From an uncultured Planctomycetales bacterium (GTDB lineage Bacteria > Omnitrophota > Gorgyraeia > Zapsychrales > JANLHA01): a stretch of DNA of 64,000 bases. The stretch lies in NCBI GenBank assembly GCA_964489065.1, contig CAZAXH010000002.1, positions 42,683 through 106,682 on the forward strand, written 5' to 3'. A program made the translations under genes and the position numbers. The notes beneath the pieces were generated by a model. It was not told where the DNA came from and made no database searches. It saw only the letters and a program-made list of their open reading frames with translations. Each line of letters starts with the position of its first letter. Within the stretch, counting starts at the first letter, position 1. Shown here in pieces: positions 20,043 through 29,951 of this stretch.

Positions 20043-20094
20043 CGTTTGAGTTCCGTTAGATTGGGATGGCGGGAGACATGAAGGAGAGTCCGGA

Positions 20095-20445
20095 ATGCTT
20101 ATTACGTTTTGTAAATCAAAAATAGCGCACGCCAGGATTACTGAATCCGAGCTGTATTATGAGGGGAGTATTACCGTGGATGAGGATTTATTAAAAGCGG
20201 TAGATATCCTCCCCGGAGAAAAAGTGGAAGTCTTGAACCTGAATAATGGGGAACGGCTGGAAACCTACGCGATTGCCGGGCAGGCCGGTTCCGGGCAGAT
20301 TTGTCTCAACGGTCCGGCCGCGAGAAAAGGGTATGTTGGAGACAAAGTGATTATTTTAAGCTACGCGTTGATGGAAGCCAAGGACGCTAAGAATTACAGG
20401 ACCAAAGTCATCTATCTGGATGAGAAGAATCATATCCGTAATTAA
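20095..20445 (+). CDS. panD: Aspartate 1-decarboxylase
   Basis: MLITFCKSKIAHARITESELYYEGSITVDEDLL... matches the PanD family including the pyruvoyl-forming G-S site. Confidence 0.85.
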   Translation: MLITFCKSKIAHARITESELYYEGSITVDEDLLKAVDILPGEKVEVLNLNNGERLETYAIAGQAGSGQICLNGPAARKGYVGDKVIILSYALMEAKDAKNYRTKVIYLDEKNHIRN

Positions 20446-20981
20446 TGGGGCAATTTATAAACGGGAGGATGAACGTGTTTGATGTGAAGCCGTTGCTGAA
20501 GATGCGTTATGGCGGCAATATGTGCCTGCGCCGGAAATCAGAGCCGGTAGGCGAGGTCGGTCCTTCCGAGAGACTGCTTATCGAGGCAATGATTGAAAAA
20601 CTGCACCAGGAAAAGGGTGTTGGCCTGGCGGCCCCGCAGGTCGGTATTAATCAGCAGATTTTTGTCGTGGATATCGGCCTTGGCCCCCTGGTCGTGATCA
20701 ATCCGCAGATCCTTAAGCGTGCCGGCGCGGAGTGGCAGGAAGAAGGGTGCCTTTCTGTCCCGGGGATCACGGTGAAAGTCAAGAGGCCGAAGGAAATTCG
20801 GGTTCGTTATAGGGATGAAAATAATCAGACGGTGGAGCAGGATTTGGCGGATCTTATGGCCAGGGTTTTTATGCACGAAAACGACCATTTGCATGGGAAG
20901 TTGATTGTTGATTACGCGTCCTGGCGCGAAAGGGGTCGTTTGAAAAAGAAACTGGGAAAATTACCGGAAAAGGAAGAATGA
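20445..20981 (+). CDS. def: Peptide deformylase
   Basis: Motifs GLAAPQVG, EGCLSVPG, HENDHLHG; alternative start at ATG 20469 / GTG 20475 after GGGAGG. Confidence 0.85.
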   Translation: MGQFINGRMNVFDVKPLLKMRYGGNMCLRRKSEPVGEVGPSERLLIEAMIEKLHQEKGVGLAAPQVGINQQIFVVDIGLGPLVVINPQILKRAGAEWQEEGCLSVPGITVKVKRPKEIRVRYRDENNQTVEQDLADLMARVFMHENDHLHGKLIVDYASWRERGRLKKKLGKLPEKEE

Positions 20982-21892
20982 ACTCGTCCCCGGTTTCTGT
21001 CCAGTCAGCCCGTTTACCGTCGTGGTTCCGGCAGTCTGTCCCGGAGCCCGGGAAAATATCTTATCTTAAAGAAATTTTACAGCGACATCGTCTTCATACG
21101 GTTTGTGAAAGTGCGCATTGTCCTAATATGGGGGTGTGCTGGGGGCAAGGCGCCGCGACGTTTATGATTTTAGGGGAGCGTTGCACACGGGACTGCCGGT
21201 TTTGTGCGGTTCACAAGGGGCCGCCGGAGGCCGTTTCCCCGGAGGAGCCGTTCCGGCTGGCGGAAGCCGTAAAGCATTTGGGGTTGCGTTACGTGGTTAT
21301 TACGTCGGTTACCCGTGATGATCTTCCTGATGGCGGGGCCGGACATTTTAGCCGGACGGTTTCATCCATCAGGACCGCTTGTCCGGGGGTGCTTATTGAA
21401 CTTTTGATTCCTGATTTCGGCGGCAGGCGGGCGGATTTGGAAACGGTTGTGCAGAGTGCGCCGGATGTGCTTGGTCATAATATTGAAACGGTCGCACGGC
21501 TTTATACTCTTGTCAGGCCGCGTGCCGATTATGCCCGGTCATTGAATATTTTACGTTATGCCAGGCAATTATCCCCGGCCCTGGCTATTAAGTCCGGAAT
21601 TATGGTTGGAATGGGGGAAAGCCGGGCGGAATTATCCGCGGTATTTAAGGATTTGGCCCTGGCCGGGTGTGATATCCTCACTATCGGCCAATACCTGTCA
21701 CCTTGTCGGGACGGTTTTCATGTCCCGGTTGCGCGTTTTGCGGAGCCGGAAGAATTTTTGTGCCTTAAAGAGGAGGCCCAGGACAGCGGGATCAAAACCG
21801 TTCAGAGCGCACCTCTGGTCCGGAGTTCGTTTTTAGCGGAAGAATCTTTTCACGATCATTGTGCCCGGCGGGCGGCAGCCGCCCCGGCCTGA
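20978..21892 (+). CDS. lipA: Lipoyl synthase
   Basis: Auxiliary cluster CESAHCPNMGVC plus radical SAM CTRDCRFC; overlaps def stop. Confidence 0.9.
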   Translation: MNSSPVSVQSARLPSWFRQSVPEPGKISYLKEILQRHRLHTVCESAHCPNMGVCWGQGAATFMILGERCTRDCRFCAVHKGPPEAVSPEEPFRLAEAVKHLGLRYVVITSVTRDDLPDGGAGHFSRTVSSIRTACPGVLIELLIPDFGGRRADLETVVQSAPDVLGHNIETVARLYTLVRPRADYARSLNILRYARQLSPALAIKSGIMVGMGESRAELSAVFKDLALAGCDILTIGQYLSPCRDGFHVPVARFAEPEEFLCLKEEAQDSGIKTVQSAPLVRSSFLAEESFHDHCARRAAAAPA

Positions 21893-21905
21893 TACAGAAA
21901 GGTTT

Positions 21906-22904
21906 ATGTTTATGGTGTTGCAAGAAAAGACAAAGAATTTGCTGGTTTTCGTCAGCCGTTATGTGATCAGCGGGCTGCTGCTGATTTATCTTTATAACCA
22001 GATTGACGTGGAAAAGACCTCCACGATCATCAAGTCCGCTGACGTCGGGTATATGCTGCTGTCGTTTTTTATATTTATCCTGATTAACGGGATGATCCTG
22101 GTACGCTGGATTGTTTATGTGCGGGCGTTTCAGATTGAGGTTTCTTGGATGCGCCTGACCCGTTTCTTCTCCCTGGGATTATTCGGGAATTTGTTCCTGC
22201 CCAGCGCTATCGGAGGGGACGTGATCAAAACCATGGGGCTTTGCCATAAGAGAGGGGGGAAGGCGAAAGTGGTGGCTTCGGTTGTGCTGGACCGCTTGAG
22301 CGGCTTTGCGTCGATGGTCATAGTTTCTACGCTCGCGTATATCGCGGGGTACCGCCTTCTTAAAGAAGCGTCCCTTTTAACGATCATTCTGGTCACGGCC
22401 GGTGTTTCCGGGTCGGCGGCTTTTATCCTTTCCAACGAGCGGATTTATTCGTATTGCTGCCGCGCGTTTCAGGTTTTCCCCAGGTTGCAGCGGGGGTTGA
22501 TGAACATGCATTACGATATCGTTCTTCTTAAGAACCGCAACAGAACGAATTTAAAGGCTGTTTTCCTTTCCTCCATCGCCCAGTCATCCCTGTCTTTTGT
22601 ATGGTTCCTTCTGGCTAAAAGTCTTCACCAGGATATCCCCTTGATTTATTTTCTTGTTTTTGTCCCTTTTACCTGCTTCGCTTCGACATTTCCTTCCGTA
22701 GGGGGGTTGGGAGCCAGGGAAGCCGCGGCGGTGTACCTGTTCGCGAAGGTGGGGGTGGAGCCGGGTATTTCGATGAGCATCAGCTTATTGAACTATTTGC
22801 TGATGGTCCTCGGGGGGGTGTTGGGGGGAGCGCTCTATGTTTTAATGAAAGATCCTGTTGCTGATGCTCCTGCCGTGACTCCTCATATAAGCAGCAGCGT
22901 TTGA
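21906..22904 (+). CDS. UPF0104 / lysylphosphatidylglycerol-synthase-TM-like (flippase-like) membrane protein
   Basis: Polytopic; family motif FSLGLFGNLFLPSAIGGDVIKT; likely start at ATG 21906 (track ORF begins at 21861). Confidence 0.55.
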   Translation: MFMVLQEKTKNLLVFVSRYVISGLLLIYLYNQIDVEKTSTIIKSADVGYMLLSFFIFILINGMILVRWIVYVRAFQIEVSWMRLTRFFSLGLFGNLFLPSAIGGDVIKTMGLCHKRGGKAKVVASVVLDRLSGFASMVIVSTLAYIAGYRLLKEASLLTIILVTAGVSGSAAFILSNERIYSYCCRAFQVFPRLQRGLMNMHYDIVLLKNRNRTNLKAVFLSSIAQSSLSFVWFLLAKSLHQDIPLIYFLVFVPFTCFASTFPSVGGLGAREAAAVYLFAKVGVEPGISMSISLLNYLLMVLGGVLGGALYVLMKDPVADAPAVTPHISSSV

Positions 22905-23137
22905 CGACGCGCGGCATTCCAAGCGGCGTGGGCTGGAATTGTTTCAAGGGAGGCCGTCAAAAGGCCGGGAAATATTTTTTATCCGCCTTCGCAGAAAACC
23001 GCGGGTATGGCCGTGGATGAAGGCGAGAGATTAACAAGCTCCTGCTTCAGGGATGTTCGCACGTATGTTAAGACGGCAGCTCATCCCGCGAAGCGAAGGG
23101 CTAACAGAGATGAGGCTCGTGGGCGCGGGGCTTCCTA

Positions 23138-23644
23138 ATGGCGTTACATTTTATCCTGGACGGATACAATATTATTAAAAACAACGAGAATCTGGCCGAG
23201 TTGCCGTTGGACACTGGACGCCAGAAATTGATCGCCATCCTGGAAACCCGGAGGCCGCAGGGGAGCGCGCGCAACAGAGTCACGGTTGTTTTTGACGGGC
23301 AGCCCGGCGTGGGGCCGTTTCAGTATCCCGGGCCGGTGAAGGTTGTCTTTTCCTGCGGGCAATCGGCGGACGAAAAGATTAAACATATGGTTGGGCATTC
23401 CGGGAACAGGAAGTCAATGGTCGTGGTAACCGATGACCGGGCTATTCGGTATTACGTCCGTTCGTTAGGCGCGGAGGTGTTGGGCGTCCGCGATTTCTGG
23501 CACGCCCGGCTTAACCCTCAGCCGCCACGCCAGCAGGCCCCCCGGAATCCGGGCAAGAGCATTTCCCGGGTTCAGGAAATGAGGATTACGGATGAGCTCA
23601 GCCGGATATGGCTGAAGCCGCGTCAACGGAACCATGATTCTTAA
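23138..23644 (+). CDS. YacP-like NYN (PIN-like) domain protein
   Basis: ILDGYNII...VTVVFDG...VVVTDDRAI pattern typical of the NYN/YacP (COG3688) family. Confidence 0.5.
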   Translation: MALHFILDGYNIIKNNENLAELPLDTGRQKLIAILETRRPQGSARNRVTVVFDGQPGVGPFQYPGPVKVVFSCGQSADEKIKHMVGHSGNRKSMVVVTDDRAIRYYVRSLGAEVLGVRDFWHARLNPQPPRQQAPRNPGKSISRVQEMRITDELSRIWLKPRQRNHDS

Positions 23645-24407
23645 AAGCATCCATAAATTGTTGGAGTTCCTGATTGAGATCGGAAACGCCTTGTTTTTTC
23701 TGGGAGAGGTGTTGTTCTCTATTTTGACCGGCCGTATCCGCTGGGGCGAACTCCTGAAGCAGATTTATGAACAGGGCATTCAGTCGATTGTGATTGTCGG
23801 GATGACGTCTTTCGCCTGCGGGGCTGTCCTGGCCTTGCAGGGGTACGTCATGTTGAACCGGTTCGGGACCAAGGAATATGTGGCCCATCTGGTGGTGCTT
23901 TCGCTGGTGCGGGAACTCAGCCCGGTCTTCACGTCATTTATTTTTTCAGGGAAAGCCGGGGCGCGGATGGCGGCGGAACTAGGGACGATGAACGTCAATG
24001 ACCAGATCCTTGCGACCAGGACGATGGGCGTTGATCCGGTGGCGTATCTTGTCCTCCCCCGCATGCTGGCCAGCATGCTCGTTCTTCCGCTTCTGGTTGT
24101 GTTTTCGGAAGTGATCGGGATCGCTGGCGGTTATACGATCGGGGTCTGTGACGCTAATATCCCGAGTTCAACCTATATTCATCAGACTCTACGGGCCGTC
24201 CATTTCGTGGATTTTTTCAGCGGGTTTATCAAGACGGCGTTTTTTGCCGTGATCGTGTCCTGGGTGTGCTGTTACCAGGGCTACCGAACAACGGGGGGGT
24301 CTTTGGGCGTGGGGCGTTATACGACACGGGCCGTGGCCTACTCTTATATGTTCGTCGTCCTTTCCAATACGGTTTTAACAAAGATTATTTTGGCCTTTTG
24401 GGGCTGA
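23634..24407 (+). CDS. mlaE: Phospholipid ABC transporter permease MlaE
   Basis: MlaE/Ttg2B family motifs (GVDPVAYLVLPRMLA...) with 5-6 TM segments. Confidence 0.8.
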   Translation: MILKSIHKLLEFLIEIGNALFFLGEVLFSILTGRIRWGELLKQIYEQGIQSIVIVGMTSFACGAVLALQGYVMLNRFGTKEYVAHLVVLSLVRELSPVFTSFIFSGKAGARMAAELGTMNVNDQILATRTMGVDPVAYLVLPRMLASMLVLPLLVVFSEVIGIAGGYTIGVCDANIPSSTYIHQTLRAVHFVDFFSGFIKTAFFAVIVSWVCCYQGYRTTGGSLGVGRYTTRAVAYSYMFVVLSNTVLTKIILAFWG

Positions 24408-24433
24408 CAAAGGAGGGATGTCCGGTGAGAAAA

Positions 24434-24778
24434 ATGTATTGTATGTTAGGCTGTGTTTTTATCCTGCTTGTGGGCGGTGCGGGGTGTTCTCCGAGCGTCC
24501 AAGGGAACACCGGACAGTTGCCGATTTATGGCGTGCCGGCGCAGGAGGCGGAGTGGATCCTGGCCGGCGAGCCGATGGAATTTGAGGATGATTTGTGGTA
24601 TCCCGAGGATGCCATTGATGTTTTGCTGGATTCAGAAGTGATCCTCCTGGGGGAATGTCAAGGGGTGCAGATTTTTGTCGATAAAGTCGACGTCCGGCCT
24701 TACCGGGCGCTTTACACAAAATTCGGGAAGAATAAATTCAGGATATTCAGAAAACGGATCTCGGATGATCAAGGTTGA
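24434..24778 (+). CDS. Small lipoprotein, hypothetical
   Basis: Signal peptide with lipobox (LLVGGAGC); sits between mlaE and mlaF, overlapping mlaF by 14 nt; the track ORF 24266.. is rejected as an N-extension. Confidence 0.4.
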   Translation: MYCMLGCVFILLVGGAGCSPSVQGNTGQLPIYGVPAQEAEWILAGEPMEFEDDLWYPEDAIDVLLDSEVILLGECQGVQIFVDKVDVRPYRALYTKFGKNKFRIFRKRISDDQG

Positions 24779-25481
24779 ACATCTTTTTAAGAGTTTTAAA
24801 GGACAGCCCGTGCTGCAGGACGTGTCGTTTGAGATCGCGGCTGGGGAGATCCTTGTCATTTTGGGGGAAAGCGGCTCCGGTAAAAGCGTGCTGCTCAAGC
24901 ACCTGATCGGCATCCTCAAGCCGGACCGGGGGACGGTCCAGATCGATGGCAAAGACATTGTGCCGCTATCGGAAAGAAAACTGCTGGGGATCCGGAAACA
25001 TATTGGTTACTTATTTCAGGACGGGGCGTTGTATGATTTTATGACGGTTTATGAAAATGTCGCGTTCCCCTTAAAGGAACATACATCGTTGAAGCGCCGG
25101 GAGATGGCGGAAAAGGTGACGAAAATTCTGGCTCAGGTCGGGTTGTCCGGCGCCTTGGCGAAATATCCATCGGAGTTGAGCGGTGGGATGAGGAAGCGGG
25201 CGGCCCTGGCGCGGGCGGTTGTTTTGGATTCGAAGATACTGTTGTGTGATGAACCAACCTCGGGGCTGGACCCTATTAAGAGCCGGGAAATTTCTGATTT
25301 AATTTATGGCATTTGCCGGGACTTGAAATGCACAACGATTGTGGCTTCGCATGACATGGAAAATTCTTTGCGGATTGCCGACCGGCTGATTTTATTGCGG
25401 AAGGGGTGCATCGTCGCCCGGGGGACCCCGGATGACATGAAAGCGTCCCAGGATGCGTTCATCCAAGAATTTTTGACTTGA
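24765..25481 (+). CDS. mlaF: Phospholipid ABC transporter ATP-binding protein MlaF
   Basis: Walker A GESGSGKS, signature LSGGMRKRAALARA, Walker B LLCDEP; start MIKVEHLFKSF. Confidence 0.8.
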   Translation: MIKVEHLFKSFKGQPVLQDVSFEIAAGEILVILGESGSGKSVLLKHLIGILKPDRGTVQIDGKDIVPLSERKLLGIRKHIGYLFQDGALYDFMTVYENVAFPLKEHTSLKRREMAEKVTKILAQVGLSGALAKYPSELSGGMRKRAALARAVVLDSKILLCDEPTSGLDPIKSREISDLIYGICRDLKCTTIVASHDMENSLRIADRLILLRKGCIVARGTPDDMKASQDAFIQEFLT

Positions 25482-25527
25482 TATTGCCAGACCTGCTCCA
25501 AGATGTTAATTTAACCTTCGGGAGGGG

Positions 25528-26124
25528 ATGATGGAGAATAATTATATATTCAGGAAACTTGCGGCGGCCGTTTTTTTCCTGGTGGGCGTTGGGTTGATCG
25601 TGGGTGTCGTTTTTATGATCGGGCTTGATAAAGGACTCACGGAACCCCGGTTCGAAATGACGGTGCTTTTCCGGAGGATTGGGGGGCTAGTCGAGGGGGC
25701 CCCGGTGCGGGTTTCGGGCGTCACCGTGGGGACTGTGTCTCAAATTGATTTCCTGGATGAGGAAATTGAAGGCCGGGGGGTCCGGGTGCGCCTGAGCTTG
25801 TATAAACGTTACGAGAAGCAGTTGCACAAAGGCGTCCGGTTTGCCGTTATTACCGAAGGTGTTTTGGGAGAGAAGGTCATGGAGATCACGACCCATCCGC
25901 ATTATTTCCGGGAAAATCTGACGAAACCGATTATTGGAATTGATCCTCTGGATGTCCAGGATCTGGCCGAAACTTTCAGCGCGGCGGCGGGATCCCTGCT
26001 TGAAACTTCCCAGAAAATCGACACGATCACGCAGGATGTCCGTGATTTTTCCGTAACCGTCCGTCGGTTGCTGAACCGGATTGAGCAGCGCATCATTGAC
26101 GGGAATTTGTTTAAGATTTTCTAA
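25528..26124 (+). CDS. mlaD: MCE-domain protein MlaD
   Basis: N-terminal TM anchor plus MCE domain (VRVSGVTVGTVSQIDF). Confidence 0.75.
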   Translation: MMENNYIFRKLAAAVFFLVGVGLIVGVVFMIGLDKGLTEPRFEMTVLFRRIGGLVEGAPVRVSGVTVGTVSQIDFLDEEIEGRGVRVRLSLYKRYEKQLHKGVRFAVITEGVLGEKVMEITTHPHYFRENLTKPIIGIDPLDVQDLAETFSAAAGSLLETSQKIDTITQDVRDFSVTVRRLLNRIEQRIIDGNLFKIF

Positions 26125-26197
26125 GCGGGGGCCGTTCTCCCGCGTGATAACGAATCACGCGATCGATGAAATTATGATAAGAAAGGGGTAAAAAGGG

Positions 26198-26497
26198 ATG
26201 TTTGTCCTTGGGAATTTTATTTATGCCGTAGCGCAGATTCTTAACATGGCTTTGTCGTTTTTGATGTTCCTTATTTTTGTGCGGGCTTTGATCAGTTGGG
26301 TGAATCCCGACCCGTTTAACCCTATCGTACGGTTCCTCGTTCAGACGACGGAACCCATCCTGATGCCTATCCGGCGGCTTCTGCCGGGTTCCCTGATGAT
26401 CGATATTTCACCGATGATTGCGCTTTTACTGGCGATATTCCTGCAGTCTTTTGTCGTTCAAACGCTGGTGGACATCGCGGTGAGGATGAAAATGTAG
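26198..26497 (+). CDS. yggT: YggT family membrane protein
   Basis: Two-TM YggT/Ycf19 pattern (FVRALISWVNPDPFNPIVRFL...EPIL.PIRR). Confidence 0.7.
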   Translation: MFVLGNFIYAVAQILNMALSFLMFLIFVRALISWVNPDPFNPIVRFLVQTTEPILMPIRRLLPGSLMIDISPMIALLLAIFLQSFVVQTLVDIAVRMKM

Positions 26498-26590
26498 TTT
26501 TTTCTTTAGCGCTTGCAAAAGTCCCCTTTTTAGAGTATAAAGGGCGAGTATTAATATTTATAAGCCGGGTTGTGTAAAAAGGAGTTTTTG

Positions 26591-26872
26591 ATGTTTGATA
26601 AGATGAAACAGCTCATGGAAGCGAAGAAACAGGTGGATAAAATCAAGCGGGAACTGGACGTGATGTGCGTGGATGTGGAGGAAGTTAAGGGGATCCGAAT
26701 TACGGTCACGGGCTCCCAGACTTTTCGCTCGATTGAAATCGATGAAAATCTGCTGACAAGCGGGAATAAAGCCAGGATTGAGTCTGATCTGACGCGTTCG
26801 GTGAACGCCGCAGTGAAAAAAGCGCAGAATCTTGCCGCGCAGAAGATGGCATCACTGATGCCCGGGATGTGA
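26591..26872 (+). CDS. ybaB: Nucleoid-associated protein YbaB/EbfC
   Basis: ATG 26591 after AAGGAG; MFDKMKQLMEAKKQ...VTGSQ...IEID..LL...KKAQNLAAQKMASLMPGM matches the YbaB family. Confidence 0.7.
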   Translation: MFDKMKQLMEAKKQVDKIKRELDVMCVDVEEVKGIRITVTGSQTFRSIEIDENLLTSGNKARIESDLTRSVNAAVKKAQNLAAQKMASLMPGM

Positions 26873-26959
26873 CGGTGGGAGGGCCTCCGCCGGATTTTTA
26901 GAATTAAAACGGACAACTTTTTGAAACTTGAATGAGGAAGGAAACCAAAGGAGGAGACA

Positions 26960-27193
26960 ATGCCTTACGAAAAATCTCTGGACGTTGAGACGTTTAAGGA
27001 GATGAAAGAATTTGGGGATACGCGCATCAGCATCGGCGTGTTTTCTTATAATGGCGGGACTAAAAAACTGCAATTGTCCAGGGAATCGCGGGCGCAGAAT
27101 GACGAGTGGCGTTTCCAGAAGTTAGGCCGTTTGACGAAAGAAGAGGCCCAGGAAATTATCCCGGTCATGATGAAGGCCGTGGAAAACATGTAG
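26960..27193 (+). CDS. PC4-like / YdbC-like putative ssDNA-binding transcriptional coactivator family protein
   Basis: 77 aa; ISIGVFSYNGGTKKLQLSRE...EWRF resembles the bacterial PC4-like (YdbC) fold signature. Confidence 0.45.
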   Translation: MPYEKSLDVETFKEMKEFGDTRISIGVFSYNGGTKKLQLSRESRAQNDEWRFQKLGRLTKEEAQEIIPVMMKAVENM

Positions 27194-27289
27194 ATTTTTT
27201 TTGCGGCCGTGCAGGCTTAACGTCGGCCGGGTTTCGGATTGCGGAATGGCCCTTGAACCGAAGGGCGGAAGTCAGAGGGGGGTGTGGTT

Positions 27290-27766
27290 ATGTCTCAGGA
27301 AGTGTATTTGACCAAAGCGGGGTATGAAAAAATGATCCAGGAACTGGATCATTTGAAGAATGTGGAGAGGCGGAGGATTTCTCAGGCGATCGGAGAAGCC
27401 CGCTTGCAGGGAGATTTATCAGAGAACGCTGAATACGACGCGGCCAAGGATGCCCAGGCGCACTGTGAAGCCCGTATCGCGGAGCTGGAATCCAAACTGG
27501 CGAACGTCAGGATTATCGAGTCTCAGAACATCCCCGCTGATAAAGTGTATATCGGCGCCATTGTGACCCTCCGGGATATGGAGACGCAGGAGGAATTGCA
27601 GTATATGATGGTGTCTCCGGAAGAAGCCAATTATGAGGAAAACAAACTTTCCATTTTCTCCCCGATTGGGAAGGGGTTGCTCGGAAAAGGGCTGGGAGAA
27701 GAACTGGTGATTCAGGTCCCGGCCGGGACGCTTAAATATAAAATTTTAAAAATTGAACGTCCTTAA
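27290..27766 (+). CDS. greA: Transcription elongation factor GreA
   Basis: ATG 27290 after GAGGGGGG; N-terminal coiled-coil with GDLSENAEYDAAKDAQ; C-terminal FKBP-like domain. Confidence 0.9.
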   Translation: MSQEVYLTKAGYEKMIQELDHLKNVERRRISQAIGEARLQGDLSENAEYDAAKDAQAHCEARIAELESKLANVRIIESQNIPADKVYIGAIVTLRDMETQEELQYMMVSPEEANYEENKLSIFSPIGKGLLGKGLGEELVIQVPAGTLKYKILKIERP

Positions 27767-27837
27767 GCGTTTTAAAGGCAACGTTGTTTTTGGGACCTGT
27801 GTCGCTTTAAGTGGCGCTGATTTTCAGGGAAAACATG

Positions 27838-27865
27838 GGCAGGAAGATTTCTTCCTGCCTTTTTT
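27838..27865 (+). terminator. Intrinsic terminator of greA
   Basis: GGCAGGAAGA-tt-TCTTCCTGCC, a 10-bp stem, followed by a T6 run. Confidence 0.7.
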
Positions 27866-28038
27866 ATTCAATGAGCATTTAGTTTACGCGACCCAAGGGA
27901 GCGTAAACTAAAAACGCGAATTGATCCTTCAGCACGAGTGAGCGAACGCGAACGAGCCGAAGGATGCTGGTTTAATACCCCGCAGCTTGCTGCGGTTCAT
28001 TGAGTCCAGAGCTTGCTCTGGGGTTTATACCTTTGATT
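27861..28038 (+). repeat. Conserved structured intergenic element, copy 2; candidate ncRNA
   Basis: Matches 17304..17571. The 10-bp hairpin TAGTTTACGC-(11 nt)-GCGTAAACTA differs from copy 1 by two fully compensatory pair changes (A-T to G-C twice); shared 3' hairpins. Confidence 0.6.
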
Positions 28039-28106
28039 TCCGGAAAAATTTTAAGAGACCGGATTCTGGCAGCGGGGAGTGGCTTTCAGGCAATCGCCTT
28101 GATCGC

Positions 28107-29492
28107 TCAGGCGGGCTCGTTCGGTCTTGTGTCCGGCCTTTTTAAAGATAAAGGCCAGAAAATCCAGAGCAAAAACGCGGGCAGAAGCGTGAATAAAATC
28201 CGGTGAAGGGAAACTTGCAGCCACCAGCCGATTTCAAAATACGTATTTACAAAATAATACGACAGGACGCTGGACAGATATATTAGAAGAACTCCGGGGA
28301 AGACGCGGTTCTCTTTTTCGAAACATGCTTTGGGCTGCAGGAATAATCCGGCCAGAATAAAAATCCATATCCCTTGCCATTTTAAGCTTTTTAATTCCAT
28401 GAGCAGAAAGGCGCCGATCATTTTAAGCCGGTCCAGAGAGGCTGGATGATCAGCGGAGGAGAGACCGTTTATGAACGTTTGGTTCCCGGGAGAATAAAAT
28501 ACGTTAAAAATGACCGTGGGCGTCATGGCTAAACAGAAACTTGCGATCCAAATTCCCTGGGCCCGCCGTGGGGAGGCAGCGCCGGGACAGCCGGCGTCCG
28601 GAAGCGTTTTTTTTATGATGACCGTTAAAAGGAAAGCTTGCAGGGCGAGCAATGTCCCTTCCGGTTTAGAAAAGGCGAGTATGCCCAAAAACAGGCCGAA
28701 CAATACGTTATATCCCTGGTCGTTGCTGTGCGCCAGGCCTTTGCGCTGGCAGGACAGGGCGGCCGTCAGATAAAAAGATAAAAGGATATCCGCGTATTGA
28801 CTGGTTGCCAGCGTAATAAAAAATGGGTGAGTCAGCAGAAGTAGGGCGGGTAAAAGAGAAGGCAGCCGTTTTTTCCCCAAAGAATACAAGAGGCCCCAGA
28901 GCAGAAACGCGGTTAATCCGGTAAAAATAATAGCAGTTAGAAACGGCGTCCCCGGAGAAGCGGTTTCCTGGAACGTCCAGCCCCAGACATTTATAAGCGG
29001 CAGGAGCAGCGGATAATGAGGGCTGGTCTGCCAGAGGGACGGCTGCAGCATATTTCTCCAGTGGTCCCCGCCGAGGAATAGGAATTTCGCTTTGATGTTC
29101 CAGACTTGCCAGGCGTCCCATCCGCCCAATGGATAAAATTGTCCGAAATGCCAGGCGACGGTCAGGAAAAAAACCAGGAACAGGATCGCTAACATCATGT
29201 CAGAAGTAGTCTTTTTGTCAAACCTGGGAAGCGGTCGGGGGTTTCTATTATAGAAATACAGCAGGGATAACAGCAGGGCCACGTGACAGCCTATAAGATA
29301 AGTTTTATGAAATTGTTGGAGGAACAGGAAGCTGGTCCAAGCCAGCCCAGCGCTGACCCCCAGTCCCAACCCAACGGACATGGCGGCCTGCCAGGGGATA
29401 TCTTCCGATCTGCGGGAGGGCAGAATCAGGTTGAGGAGACAGAAGCCGCAAATGGCGGAAATGATAAAGGGCATCAGCGTAAGCAGGTTCAT
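28107..29492 (-). CDS. Polytopic membrane protein, possibly a GT-C-type glycosyltransferase-like protein
   Basis: At least 10 predicted TM helices; aromatic-rich loops; no specific motif recognised. Confidence 0.4.
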   Translation of the reverse strand: MNLLTLMPFIISAICGFCLLNLILPSRRSEDIPWQAAMSVGLGLGVSAGLAWTSFLFLQQFHKTYLIGCHVALLLSLLYFYNRNPRPLPRFDKKTTSDMMLAILFLVFFLTVAWHFGQFYPLGGWDAWQVWNIKAKFLFLGGDHWRNMLQPSLWQTSPHYPLLLPLINVWGWTFQETASPGTPFLTAIIFTGLTAFLLWGLLYSLGKKRLPSLLPALLLLTHPFFITLATSQYADILLSFYLTAALSCQRKGLAHSNDQGYNVLFGLFLGILAFSKPEGTLLALQAFLLTVIIKKTLPDAGCPGAASPRRAQGIWIASFCLAMTPTVIFNVFYSPGNQTFINGLSSADHPASLDRLKMIGAFLLMELKSLKWQGIWIFILAGLFLQPKACFEKENRVFPGVLLIYLSSVLSYYFVNTYFEIGWWLQVSLHRILFTLLPAFLLWIFWPLSLKRPDTRPNEPA

Positions 29493-29495
29493 AGT

Positions 29496-29951
29496 TTAAA
29501 AAGCCGTTTCCATGCTCTGGGGATTCCGGACTAGGATGATGCCGAATTGGTTCCTGCGCAGGGGCTGAAAACGAAATTTCTTGATCATAGCCCAGGCGAT
29601 TTCCGGGCGCGAGCAGTCCAGAAGGATGTATTTATGCCCGGAAAAGTTTGTGTCCAGAATGACCGGCGCCAGCATGAATTGAGCTTGGGCGAATTGCATG
29701 GCGTTTTGCTGGGCCTGGAGGTCTTTATCCGTTAGATAACCGATGGTTTCCGCGTTTTCGAGAATGTCCTGCAGGCCTGAAAACTGGAGCCCCAGAAATA
29801 TGTAGGGAGACTCCTGCCGTTTCCGGCGCGTTTGAGTATACTCTTGATAATAGTGGGTGATATTGACGGCAAGCATTCCCACGGCGGCCGTTAAAATCAG
29901 CGCGGAAGCATATCGTTTTTTTGTGCACCGGAATATTGTTCTTATGGCCAT
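29496..29951 (-). CDS. Hypothetical protein with N-terminal TM anchor
   Basis: Its stop lies 4 nt upstream of the start of the downstream minus-strand gene (operon); single N-terminal hydrophobic helix. Confidence 0.4.
   Translation of the reverse strand: MAIRTIFRCTKKRYASALILTAAVGMLAVNITHYYQEYTQTRRKRQESPYIFLGLQFSGLQDILENAETIGYLTDKDLQAQQNAMQFAQAQFMLAPVILDTNFSGHKYILLDCSRPEIAWAMIKKFRFQPLRRNQFGIILVRNPQSMETAF

Noticed and set aside
24266-24778. Track ORF of 170 aa spanning the mlaE 3' end
   Set aside because: The upstream 56 codons overlap mlaE in another frame. The real product is most likely the lipoprotein starting at 24434.
17300-28040. CRISPR array hypothesis for the repeated element
   Set aside because: Only two distant copies plus an internal partial duplication; no regular repeat-spacer periodicity and no cas genes.
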